From positions 57,868 through 121,867 of the IMG/VR virus record IMGVR_UViG_3300028534_000013: a stretch of DNA of 64,000 bases; one strand, written 5' to 3'. Below are positions 1 to 8,850 of this stretch, piece by piece. The notes beneath the pieces were generated by a model that saw nothing but the letters and a program-made list of their open reading frames with translations, did no database searches and had not been told where the DNA came from. The translations under genes were made by a program, and so were the position numbers. Positions within the stretch are counted from its first letter, which is position 1, and each line of letters begins with the position of its first letter. The DNA comes from a virus.

Positions 1-350
1 TTTTCAACAAGTCTGGTGCATACCATGTTGGCGTTAACCCTTGTCCACCTCCATTCTTTATGCCTCCCGAACACACTTTTAAGTCTGTTATGGAACACTC
101 CACAGCTTCCTCCGTCACCATCCCACATGTTAACTTTAGCAAGCCCGGCCATAGATTCTTTCCACGCTATGGCTGTAAGGGTATATTGTAAATCTACAAC
201 TTCACCCCTTTTGAATACTTCATATAAAAGTTTTTGCTGTTGTAAAGATAATGAGTTGAATGCTTTTACATAATCTTTTACAGAATAAACCCTGTACCTT
301 GATGCGAACACCAAAGACACCAACATTAAAATTGTTAAAATTTTTTTCAT
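1..350 (-). CDS. Signal-peptide lytic transglycosylase/lysozyme-like protein (3' end runs off the window; not in the ORF track)
   Basis: Manual translation from ATG at 350 (TAATG overlap with the upstream stop): MKKILTILMLVSLVFASRY...LTAIAWKESMAGLAKVNMWDGDGGSCGVFH. Hydrophobic N-terminus plus an SLT-like AIAWKES...SCGVFH motif; frame is open to position 1. Confidence 0.7.
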   Translation of the reverse strand, partial: MKKILTILMLVSLVFASRYRVYSVKDYVKAFNSLSLQQQKLLYEVFKRGEVVDLQYTLTAIAWKESMAGLAKVNMWDGDGGSCGVFHNRLKSVFGRHKEWRWTRVNANMVCTRLVE

Positions 351-496
351 TATATCTTCCTTGTTTTGTATACTTTGCCGTCTTTTATAAACAGCATCAC
401 TCTTTTAAACGTTAAAACCAGACTGTTTTCTGTCCTTTTAATTTTCAACGGAACTCTTCCGTTAAGCGTGTTTGTTAAAACATCGAAACCTTTCAT
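350..496 (-). CDS. Small hypothetical protein (48 aa, MKGFDVL...)
   Basis: The track ORF 350-532 has an internal ATG at 496 preceded by AAAGGAGAACAG, the likely true start. Confidence 0.6.
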   Translation of the reverse strand: MKGFDVLTNTLNGRVPLKIKRTENSLVLTFKRVMLFIKDGKVYKTRKI

Positions 497-529
497 CTGT
501 TCTCCTTTCATAGTATTAAAAACCGGGCT

Positions 530-549
530 CATATATATATAACATGAAA
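530..549 (-). promoter_or_regulatory. Phage-type promoter motif copy (TTTCATGTTATATATATATG)
   Basis: 17/20 match to the TTTCACGGTATGTATATATG motif repeated in the 51-56 kb region; lies upstream of a small gene. Confidence 0.55.
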
Positions 550-561
550 AACCTTTTTTTC

Positions 562-1167
562 CTAATCTATTCTGCTGTTTAATGTGGCGTTACTTATTGT
601 TGTTGTTATTTTTGGAGCTGTTGTTTTTGAGCTTATAGACATAGGTGATAAAAAGGACGAAGAATTTGGAGGTATAATACTAAAATTAAATATTTTGCTT
701 GTAAACGTATATTTGTTAAATCTTTTTGAATTATTCATATTAAATGGGGAAACAGTTTTTGATTTATCTATTTCTACAAAACCTATAGAGTCTATTTCGT
801 CAGCTTTAAAACAATACAGTTTATTATATATTTTTTCAGCGTTAAAAGTTAGATTTCTGCCATCTATAGTAAATACTGAAATTGGTATTGAATCAGGGTT
901 TTTATTTTTTACATCATATACGAACACATAGTATGGGATTGAACCTTTTATCATTACCTGAAACGACTTTGCTCCCATAACTATATAATACCCATCATTT
1001 ATGGCTAAAAATTTAAGAATATACTTTCCGTTATATTCTGATTGTTCTAAATTTAACTTTGTGGATGTGTTTCCATCAAAATATACAACTGTAATAGTTT
1101 CAGGGTATAAGGTTTTTACAAACCCGTATAACCCTGTAATAGGAACAAAAGTTTTTATATGCTTCAA
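562..1167 (-). CDS. Hypothetical protein
   Basis: 201-aa ORF tightly coupled to the upstream ORF. Confidence 0.75.
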   Translation of the reverse strand: MKHIKTFVPITGLYGFVKTLYPETITVVYFDGNTSTKLNLEQSEYNGKYILKFLAINDGYYIVMGAKSFQVMIKGSIPYYVFVYDVKNKNPDSIPISVFTIDGRNLTFNAEKIYNKLYCFKADEIDSIGFVEIDKSKTVSPFNMNNSKRFNKYTFTSKIFNFSIIPPNSSSFLSPMSISSKTTAPKITTTISNATLNSRID

Positions 1168-1168
1168 T

Positions 1169-2857
1169 TTACACCTGCTTGTAAGAATTTCCTATTTTAA
1201 GTATTCCGTGGTTGTTAGGATTTAAAACTACATACATTAGCCCTTCTTCACCGTAAGTTGCGGTTCCTTTTTCTAGTTCGTCGCCGTCTACGCTTTTTAA
1301 TACATAATTTAATGTTGTGTTTTCCGAATAATTAGGACTGTAAGCTATAACAATATTTTTAGAATCACCAACTTTAAATATTTTTATCGCTTTATCTATT
1401 TTAGCAATATATGCGCAATTGTTTAAGTCAGCCGTAAATTCTGTTCCATATATATTATCAAATAATTGGTTCATTCCGGCTACTTGTATTTTTTCAAATG
1501 TGCCATCTTGTTTAACTGCATATAGTTTATACACAGGAACAGCTCCGCTTTTAGATATAACGCTGAATGATATTTTATCTCCTATACTATATTCTCCAGT
1601 ATCATCACTTGCGTTTACAGACGTTATCTCTGTAGATAATTTTTTTGTATTTCCACCAGCGTCTATAAGGTATGTTTCAACCGTATACTTTCCTATTTGT
1701 TTCATTTCCATATCAATAGATATTGCATCGTTTCCAGCCAATTCTTCATATACTATATCAGTTTTTATATGTTCATCTTTTCCTGCAATATTTACAACGT
1801 TTTGAATTACGTATGAATCAAACACAACTCTCCATAAAATATTTGTTATATTTTGTAAAGCTCCGCTTTCGGACGATAAGTTAATAGTGTACACTCCTGT
1901 ATCCGAGTTATATTCAACTCCAAGTACGGCATTTATATCTTCTGACACAAATACCGTTTTAGTGTCTTCAAAAGATATTTGTTTTCCGTCTTCATCCAAA
2001 CAATTGAACACAAGTTTTATTTCGTTGTCTTGATAACTGTTACAAGTGGATATGTTTATGTTTTTTAAGGGAGTTGAAAAATCGTTTATAGTTTCTGTTT
2101 TCTGCGTGTTTATAAACACGTCCACACTCTGAGGTATTAAATTTTTAGATATGTATAAAGCGATAGGCATCATTGGTTTTACTGCGTTACTGTAAATAGG
2201 ACTAAAATATGCAAATTGATATTTTATTTGGTTAAGCGTAATAAACTCTTGCTCTTCATTTTCCCCCACTACTGTTATTTTTATATTTGTAGGCTCTGTT
2301 TGAGTTCCGTCAGCAAAAACAAGTCTTATGTTTAAGTCGTATTCGCCTTTTTTTAGTCCTGTAAAACCGTTGAAAGGAACTACACCGTTTTCTGTTGACT
2401 CTTCAACTGTGTACTTTCTTTGAGGGAAAATTGTTTTTCCTTTAAACTCATACATTACTTTAGATGTCGCTTGTATTTCATTTAATGTCTCATTTATTTT
2501 GATTGTGTATTCTTTTGTTATTTCCACACCTATTTCAGATTTGTTAAAAAGAGATACGGCGATATACTCTGATGTTTTGCTGTTGTCATTTTTAATTATT
2601 AAATTATTAAGATAATTATGTGTGTGTAGTCTGTTGTTGTCTCCAGACCATAAACATATTAATATATCACTTCCATCACCCCATGGTGTTTCAAAAGATG
2701 TTTTATTAGGTATTTTAACTTCTACAAGATTTGAAGTTATGTTAAAAACTTCACCTTCGTAACTATCTTCACCGTTTACATCAAAAATAAATAATTGACC
2801 ATATATTGACTCACCTATTTCGTTAAAATTTGAAATGTCGACAATTATGCTTTTCAT
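1169..2857 (-). CDS. Putative virion structural protein (beta-rich, Ig-like repeats)
   Basis: 562-aa acidic, beta-strand-rich ORF with RBS AAAAGGAAAAAAATG; function inferred only. Confidence 0.6.
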   Translation of the reverse strand: MKSIIVDISNFNEIGESIYGQLFIFDVNGEDSYEGEVFNITSNLVEVKIPNKTSFETPWGDGSDILICLWSGDNNRLHTHNYLNNLIIKNDNSKTSEYIAVSLFNKSEIGVEITKEYTIKINETLNEIQATSKVMYEFKGKTIFPQRKYTVEESTENGVVPFNGFTGLKKGEYDLNIRLVFADGTQTEPTNIKITVVGENEEQEFITLNQIKYQFAYFSPIYSNAVKPMMPIALYISKNLIPQSVDVFINTQKTETINDFSTPLKNINISTCNSYQDNEIKLVFNCLDEDGKQISFEDTKTVFVSEDINAVLGVEYNSDTGVYTINLSSESGALQNITNILWRVVFDSYVIQNVVNIAGKDEHIKTDIVYEELAGNDAISIDMEMKQIGKYTVETYLIDAGGNTKKLSTEITSVNASDDTGEYSIGDKISFSVISKSGAVPVYKLYAVKQDGTFEKIQVAGMNQLFDNIYGTEFTADLNNCAYIAKIDKAIKIFKVGDSKNIVIAYSPNYSENTTLNYVLKSVDGDELEKGTATYGEEGLMYVVLNPNNHGILKIGNSYKQV

Positions 2858-2903
2858 TTTTTTCCTTTTTGTACGAGTATTTTGATATTTCGTAATATTT
2901 TAT

Positions 2904-2909
2904 TATAAT
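2904..2909 (+). promoter_or_regulatory. sigma70-type -10 box (TATAAT) for the beta-prime C-half operon
   Basis: TATAAT with upstream T-tracts, about 30 nt before the start codon. Confidence 0.5.
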
Positions 2910-2937
2910 TGTAGCAAAAAGATTATTAAAGGGAAAC

Positions 2938-4680
2938 TTGATGGATGCCGTATCTGCTTTGAACAGTTTTCTTCCAAGCGAATTTCATGTTAAAAAAAGC
3001 GATTTACCACTAACAAAAGCCAAACTAAATAAACTGTTAACAGAATATGCTAAAAAATACCCGGACCATTACGCTAAAAATATACATAAAATAGGGGATT
3101 TGGGAGAAGAATTAGCTTATTTACACGGTCATCATGTTGGTATTGATGATTTACTGCATCCAAACAGAAAAAAAATAGAATCTCTTTTGGATAAAGAAAA
3201 TAAAAAATTATCTCTTTTAAGCACCGAAAAAAAGAAAGAGCATTTGTTAAACGTTTTTGATAAGGTTCAAAAACTAACAATGGAACCAGACGGAAACCAT
3301 TTAGTTGACCAAGGTAAATCAAGAAGCAGAGGAAACCCAGCAACAATAACAAGAACTATAGGAGCTTCAGTTTACACTGTGGACATGAACTCGGAACCAT
3401 TTCCTTTTCTTATTAAAAACTCATTATCGTCAGGATATAGAAGCCATGAAATGTTTGCCGCCGGTTCTCAGGCCAGATATGCCGCTGTACAAGCTGCTAC
3501 TTCAACATCTGAACCTGGAGCAATGAGTAAAGTATTAATAGCAAACACAGAACATTTGAAAATATGCTGCAAAGATTGCGGGACAAGAAACGGTATTGAA
3601 TATAAAGTTGATGACCCACAAATAATAGGAAGGTATGAAGCGGGCACCAATAGACTTATAACCAAAGAATATGTTAATCAATTAAAAAAACAAAAGAAAA
3701 AAACAATAATAGTTAGAGACCCTATTACATGTCAGGCTAAAAACGGGGTATGTTCAATGTGCTATGGGCATAATGCGATGGGTAAATTATATGAGCCTGG
3801 CCACAATATAGGAATACAGGCATCTCAAACGGTTGGAGAAAAAGCAACACAGCTTGTTTTGTCGGCAAAACATAATATTAAAGGTAAAATAACATCTAAC
3901 ATACCTACAGGTTTTGAAGCACAAAAAATTTTATTAAATACGCCTAAATCTTTTAAAGGGAAAGCTACTATATCGACTACTGACGGCAAAGTAGAAAGGA
4001 TTGAAAGATTGAGTACTGGTGGTTACAATATAGTAATAGCCGGAAAAACACACTACGTTTCTCCAGAAGTTAAACCTAAAGTTAAAGTTGGCGATGAAGT
4101 GTTTAAAGGACAAACACTAAGTACAGGACTAGCTTCTCCGAGAGAGATAATGGAGCATTCAGGAGTATATCAAGCTAGAAAATATACGGTTGATAAACTT
4201 TATGAAGCAAATGGTGGAGATATAGATAAAAGAGTTTTTGGGGTTTTGTCTAGAGGATATTTGGAATTGGCTAAACATAAAAATGACGATATGCATGAAT
4301 TACATAATTACGATGCGTTACTTCATACTGTTGAAATCCCAAACACGCACACGGTTAAAACTTCTGACAAACAGATTATGAATAAATATCTAGCACAACC
4401 GTTTTTACATTACAGTCCCGGAACCAAAATTACATCAGGAATAGTAAAAAAAATGAAACAACACGGATTGAAAGAAGTAAAAGTATCACACAACCCTCTA
4501 CCTGTTGTGCCTGTATATAAAACTTATGAGCAAAAACCGTTAGCTAACACAACAATTTGGCAAAAAATGAATTATAGAGGAATCAAGAAAGGATTGACTG
4601 GGGAGCTTCTGTACAACAATGAAACTGATATTGGAAAACTGCAAAGCGATAGAGCAAAATATACACTTGGAAGATTGTGA
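2938..4680 (+). CDS. rpoC: DNA-directed RNA polymerase beta-prime, C-terminal half
   Basis: Beta-prime motifs: SRGN, bridge helix FAAGSQARYAAVQAATSTSEPGAMSKVL, DCGT, Zn site RDPITCQAKNGVCSMCYG, trigger loop IGIQASQTVGEKATQLVL. Lacks the DxDGD motif. Confidence 0.92.
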   Translation: MMDAVSALNSFLPSEFHVKKSDLPLTKAKLNKLLTEYAKKYPDHYAKNIHKIGDLGEELAYLHGHHVGIDDLLHPNRKKIESLLDKENKKLSLLSTEKKKEHLLNVFDKVQKLTMEPDGNHLVDQGKSRSRGNPATITRTIGASVYTVDMNSEPFPFLIKNSLSSGYRSHEMFAAGSQARYAAVQAATSTSEPGAMSKVLIANTEHLKICCKDCGTRNGIEYKVDDPQIIGRYEAGTNRLITKEYVNQLKKQKKKTIIVRDPITCQAKNGVCSMCYGHNAMGKLYEPGHNIGIQASQTVGEKATQLVLSAKHNIKGKITSNIPTGFEAQKILLNTPKSFKGKATISTTDGKVERIERLSTGGYNIVIAGKTHYVSPEVKPKVKVGDEVFKGQTLSTGLASPREIMEHSGVYQARKYTVDKLYEANGGDIDKRVFGVLSRGYLELAKHKNDDMHELHNYDALLHTVEIPNTHTVKTSDKQIMNKYLAQPFLHYSPGTKITSGIVKKMKQHGLKEVKVSHNPLPVVPVYKTYEQKPLANTTIWQKMNYRGIKKGLTGELLYNNETDIGKLQSDRAKYTLGRL

Positions 4681-5231
4681 TGAGTTTTAGTAAAAAAATA
4701 AAAGCTCTTGAGTTAGAAATAAAAAAATTAAGGCAAGAAATAAACACTTTAAAACACGACCATTTAACAGGGTTGGGAAACAGACACAAGCTTTCTGACA
4801 CATTGCGTTTTTTATATTCAGAAAATAACCCTAAAACAAAATATAGAATTTGTATGATTGATGTGAATTGTTTACATGAAATAAATAGACAATTAAGCTA
4901 CAATGTCGGAGATGTTATTATAAAATATGTGGCCGAAGAAATAAAAAAAAGATGCAGCGGAACTTCAGCCTTAGCCTTCAGAATAGGAGGCGATGAGTTT
5001 GTTATAATAATGCATTCTTATGACAAATTATGCCTTAGAGATGTTAAATATATAACTTATAGCTGTGTAGAGTTTAATCCTAAAAAAGATAGTTTTAGAA
5101 AGATAATGGATGAAATTGATGAAAAAATAAAAGAAAATAAAAAAAAGGACAAGATATGCAAAATTGGAGAAATTCAAGAGAGTATCGAAAATGGAGAGCT
5201 AAGGTTATACGCAGAGATGTTAGATGTGTAA
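4677..5231 (+). CDS. Compact GGDEF (diguanylate cyclase-like) protein with N-terminal coiled coil
   Basis: DHLTGLGNR, MIDVN..EIN...VGD and FRIGGDEF motifs; start overlaps the rpoC-C stop. Confidence 0.85.
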   Translation: MMSFSKKIKALELEIKKLRQEINTLKHDHLTGLGNRHKLSDTLRFLYSENNPKTKYRICMIDVNCLHEINRQLSYNVGDVIIKYVAEEIKKRCSGTSALAFRIGGDEFVIIMHSYDKLCLRDVKYITYSCVEFNPKKDSFRKIMDEIDEKIKENKKKDKICKIGEIQESIENGELRLYAEMLDV

Positions 5232-5458
5232 TATGTGGAAGCATTAAAAACAGAGTCGCACATCACTTAAATCATGCAACATATTTTGTAGAAGAAAGAT
5301 TTGACGTAGAAAACGGAGTATGTCTATGTAAAGAGTGTCATATACAATTTCATAACAATTTTAAAAGAAGTAATCGTGTAAAATGCACAAAGTATGATTT
5401 TAACAATTTTACTGAATTACTAAAATATGCAAAGGAGAAATTATGTTCGACAAAATAA
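5156..5458 (+). CDS. HNH endonuclease
   Basis: CxxC...AHH...NGVCLCKECHIQFH; N-terminal WRNSREYRKWR typical of small phage HNH proteins. Confidence 0.9.
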   Translation: MQNWRNSREYRKWRAKVIRRDVRCVICGSIKNRVAHHLNHATYFVEERFDVENGVCLCKECHIQFHNNFKRSNRVKCTKYDFNNFTELLKYAKEKLCSTK

Positions 5459-5751
5459 AATTAATTATAGTAGGTATAGGAAGTGTTTTAGTCGCATTTT
5501 TGGGTTTGTTTATTAAGCTTAAAATAACCGAACATCACGCCGAAAACCTCGAAAACGAAAATGAAAACATAAAACATCAAAACGAAGCTTTAAAACAAAA
5601 TGTAGAAGTTCAAAAAGAAGAATTGGATTTATCAAACGTGCAACATAAGATAGAAAAAGAATTTGATACAGCTCAAAAGAAAAAAGAATCTGAAATTGAA
5701 GAAAAAATAACGGAGGCTGAAAATGGCAAAAAAACTACTATTACTATTTAG
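5443..5751 (+). CDS. Putative i-spanin (Rz-like)
   Basis: Single N-terminal TM (IIVGIGSVLVAFLGLFI) followed by a coiled coil; overlaps a lipoprotein gene. Confidence 0.7.
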   Translation: MFDKIKLIIVGIGSVLVAFLGLFIKLKITEHHAENLENENENIKHQNEALKQNVEVQKEELDLSNVQHKIEKEFDTAQKKKESEIEEKITEAENGKKTTITI

Positions 5752-6019
5752 TTTGTTGTTTTTTGTAGGTTGTACACAAAAAGAAATTGTGTATATAAAA
5801 AGTAGATGCCCGTCTTTTAGGTATGAGCCTGCAATTCCAGAAAGTAAAACTTTTACTTTTTCAAACAAAAATGATAAAATTGTCTTATCGAAGCAAGATT
5901 TTAAGGAAATCTTAGAAAATTATTCTTTTATGAAAAATGAATTAAACCAAACAAAACAATACATAAAAGAATACAATAAAATGATACAAAGGATTAACGA
6001 TGCCGGATATAGTAACTAA
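5723..6019 (+). CDS. Putative o-spanin lipoprotein (Rz1-like)
   Basis: Signal peptide with lipobox FFVGC; Pro-containing segment CPSFRYEPAIP; 29-nt overlap with the i-spanin. Confidence 0.7.
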   Translation: MAKKLLLLFSLLFFVGCTQKEIVYIKSRCPSFRYEPAIPESKTFTFSNKNDKIVLSKQDFKEILENYSFMKNELNQTKQYIKEYNKMIQRINDAGYSN

Positions 6020-6560
6020 ATTGGAAAAGATAGCTGAAGAGCTTCCTAAAATAGAGGACGCTATTGGAGCTAAAGAAACTTTAGAGAAAATAGCTTTCGC
6101 TGTTAAAGCTTTAGAGGTTATAGACAAAGGTGGTATGAATAAAGAAGCCGCAATATCAACAGCTTCACTGAGTCAAATAGGCGGAACGATGGCTAAAGCT
6201 TTAGTTGCTGGACTTGGAATAGGTCTTGCAGGAGAAACGTTGGATATTGGACATCAAAAAGTAAAAAAAATATTTTTTGAGAGAAAATTAAACTCTTTGG
6301 CCAAAGCGGTAAAAAAAGAAGCTCCTGAACTAAAACACACAGATGACGGAAAAATTAAAAAAATGTTAGAAGCTGGGTATCAGTTGGCTCCTGAAGTAAT
6401 GGAGAATCCTACTCTTGCGGCAAGTTTCGTAAGCATAGGAAACAGCTTGGGAGGAAAAGTTGACCCTAACACAATGAAAACTTTCGCTGATATACATTCA
6501 AAACTAAACGGAAGGGGAAGGCTCTCTGACAGTTTGAGCTCAGGAATGGGTCTTATATAA
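6000..6560 (+). CDS. K-x-A motif protein with Gly-rich hydrophobic segment (putative internal head/ejection protein)
   Basis: EKIAE, EKIAF, NKEAA, then GGTMAKALVAGLGIGLAG. Confidence 0.65.
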   Translation: MPDIVTKLEKIAEELPKIEDAIGAKETLEKIAFAVKALEVIDKGGMNKEAAISTASLSQIGGTMAKALVAGLGIGLAGETLDIGHQKVKKIFFERKLNSLAKAVKKEAPELKHTDDGKIKKMLEAGYQLAPEVMENPTLAASFVSIGNSLGGKVDPNTMKTFADIHSKLNGRGRLSDSLSSGMGLI

Positions 6561-6569
6561 GGTGATAAA

Positions 6570-7115
6570 ATGGGAACTTACAAAGTAAAGCAAAAAAACA
6601 AAAAAACAAAATTTAGCATTTTCAATTTACCTAAAATAAAAACAAATGTTGATTTAGCTAAATATGACCCTATTACCGGAGAAAAAATAGCTCTTGATTC
6701 TGGCTCAGACAATATCCAAAGCGGGGCCCAACAAAACATTCCTGCTGCCTTATCCGGAAGAAGACAAATAAACAAAAACGATTATTACAATTTAAGAAAA
6801 ATAAAAATGGAAACTATGGCTGATGCTCTTCAAAGCAGAAAACAACCAGTAGACTTGTTTGAAGCTATAAAAAACGGCACAGTTGGAACTACTGCCGGAG
6901 TTGCTATAGGGAATATTTTAAATACTTCAAACAGAGCAAAAGGATTGTTAGGGATAGGGCTTGGTGGAGCTATTGCGGCAATGGATGTCAATAGACAACT
7001 AAGAAAATACAACAACCAAATGGCAGCTAGAGAAGCTTTAATAGGACAGCCTACTGACAGAGAGAAAGCCTATATGAAACTATTAAAAGAAAAATATTCA
7101 CAAGGTAAAAAATAA
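6570..7115 (+). CDS. Hypothetical protein with two Gly-zipper segments
   Basis: GTVGTTAGVAIG and GLLGIGLGGAIAA. Confidence 0.65.
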   Translation: MGTYKVKQKNKKTKFSIFNLPKIKTNVDLAKYDPITGEKIALDSGSDNIQSGAQQNIPAALSGRRQINKNDYYNLRKIKMETMADALQSRKQPVDLFEAIKNGTVGTTAGVAIGNILNTSNRAKGLLGIGLGGAIAAMDVNRQLRKYNNQMAAREALIGQPTDREKAYMKLLKEKYSQGKK

Positions 7116-7639
7116 TGGATATTTTTAATTATTCGGACACAGATTATTCTGCTGTTCTATATAAAGACTTTTTTGTTGTTTATATGGATTTGATAAAATC
7201 TAAACTTAGAGACAAAAATGTAGACGATACTATAGTAAGGCTTATGGATGCAGATACAATAAATGTCAATAGAGCGCCTTTGATAATTTTAAAAAGGACT
7301 CATAGCCCACAGCCTCCTACAGCAGCGCTTTTAAACGAAAGACTTAACACAATAAACGACAAAAACATAATTAATAGCGTTTCATACCAAATGTTTAACC
7401 TGTTGATAACCAGCTATGGAAATACATATTTAGAAGCTGAAAGACTTGCAAGTTTAGTGATAGAAGCAATAATATTGTCATCAATAAATAAAATAAGAAC
7501 TTTAAGCGAAGATAGAATTATAGGACATGAATTTCTAAACTGGTCCGAAACAGGATTGGTGTCTCAAGATACAAAATTATTTGCTAGTTCTATAGAAATA
7601 AGAATAAGCACGATGTTTGAAACATCAACAGTATTATAA
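7115..7639 (+). CDS. Hypothetical structural protein (tail completion-like)
   Basis: 174 aa, TAATG-coupled; ITSYGNTYLEAERLA resembles tail terminator proteins. Weak call. Confidence 0.45.
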   Translation: MDIFNYSDTDYSAVLYKDFFVVYMDLIKSKLRDKNVDDTIVRLMDADTINVNRAPLIILKRTHSPQPPTAALLNERLNTINDKNIINSVSYQMFNLLITSYGNTYLEAERLASLVIEAIILSSINKIRTLSEDRIIGHEFLNWSETGLVSQDTKLFASSIEIRISTMFETSTVL

Positions 7640-7651
7640 AAAGGATTTAAC

Positions 7652-8620
7652 ATGAATTTATACCCTTTGTTTTTAGGAAGCGGAAACTCTGCCGTAGCAG
7701 GTCAAGGTTCTTTCATATTGGCTATTAAAGCCGCATTCACTACAACAGAAAAAGTAACTAAAAAATATGAGCTTAATGGAAAGGCTATAGGCGAAGAAAT
7801 AAATTTCACTGCTAATTTTATCTCCAATTTACGTACTTACACAGGCTCCATAAGCGGTTTTATTGTTGAAGGGCTTCCTTATTATGCTATATGGATGCAA
7901 CTAATAAATGACTCTGTTACGTTAAATATGTCCCTTTTGTCAGAAGAATATAAAATAGCCACTATAACTCAAGAGATAAATATACAACAGCCAAATGTGA
8001 TATTTACTTTTGAAGCGCTTCCTGGTTCTGTGGAATTAAACTGCATTTTAGAAGAAAAAGATTTCACTTCAACTATATCAATAGGTGAAAATAGAATCAT
8101 AGAAATTACAAACAACGTTATCGAGCTCAACGAGAACAATGTAACTTTTAACACTCAAGCAGGAAATATTTACAGTGATATTTTAGAAGAAACAATATAT
8201 CCAACAAATATAAACGCAGAAATTTTAAATAACAACATTACTATATTAGGATATGTAAATGGAGAATTTGTAAGCATTAATACAAATATAGATAAAAATT
8301 ACGTAATCGAAATTAAGGAAGGGTGGAACAATATTATAGTGCCGACCCCTATAGCAAACAATAAAGAAATGAAAGTTTTTGATTTTATAAATATATTATC
8401 TAATTATATAGATAAAGAGCCTTATGAGGTATTTGAAATTGCTTCGTTTGTTGAAAATGATACAGAAAACAACTTTATTATCACAAAAGAGTTTATGTCT
8501 GATGTTAATGGACCAAATAACTTTAATTTATTTAAGCAAGTTGGTAACGAAATGTATCCTGTTCCGTTTTTAATTAAATCTTTAGTAGATGCAACTATTC
8601 CGCTAAAAGAAATACTATGA
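7652..8620 (+). CDS. Hypothetical structural protein
   Basis: 322-aa beta-rich ORF with RBS AAAGGA. Confidence 0.65.
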   Translation: MNLYPLFLGSGNSAVAGQGSFILAIKAAFTTTEKVTKKYELNGKAIGEEINFTANFISNLRTYTGSISGFIVEGLPYYAIWMQLINDSVTLNMSLLSEEYKIATITQEINIQQPNVIFTFEALPGSVELNCILEEKDFTSTISIGENRIIEITNNVIELNENNVTFNTQAGNIYSDILEETIYPTNINAEILNNNITILGYVNGEFVSINTNIDKNYVIEIKEGWNNIIVPTPIANNKEMKVFDFINILSNYIDKEPYEVFEIASFVENDTENNFIITKEFMSDVNGPNNFNLFKQVGNEMYPVPFLIKSLVDATIPLKEIL

Positions 8621-8850
8621 CCTGTGTAAGAATTGATAACATTGGGGTTATTCAAGAGATAGTAAGATACATGAGAGAAAAAGTTTTTGTTTGCAAAAAA
8701 AGATATGTATGTTTAAAAGCTAAAGATTTCGCTACCGAGAAAGTGTATCTTAATGAACTAATGGATATTTTAAGAAATGTTCCAATAAAAACAACTTTTG
8801 AAATAATGTACAACTACATAAGAGATGAAGGAGAATGTGATGCTCACTAA
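8617..8850 (+). CDS. Small hypothetical protein
   Basis: 77 aa, ATGA overlap with the upstream gene. Confidence 0.6.
   Translation: MTCVRIDNIGVIQEIVRYMREKVFVCKKRYVCLKAKDFATEKVYLNELMDILRNVPIKTTFEIMYNYIRDEGECDAH

Noticed and set aside
16-273. Track ORF of 85 aa on the plus strand
   Set aside because: Antisense shadow of the minus-strand transglycosylase frame; no RBS and no recognisable motif.
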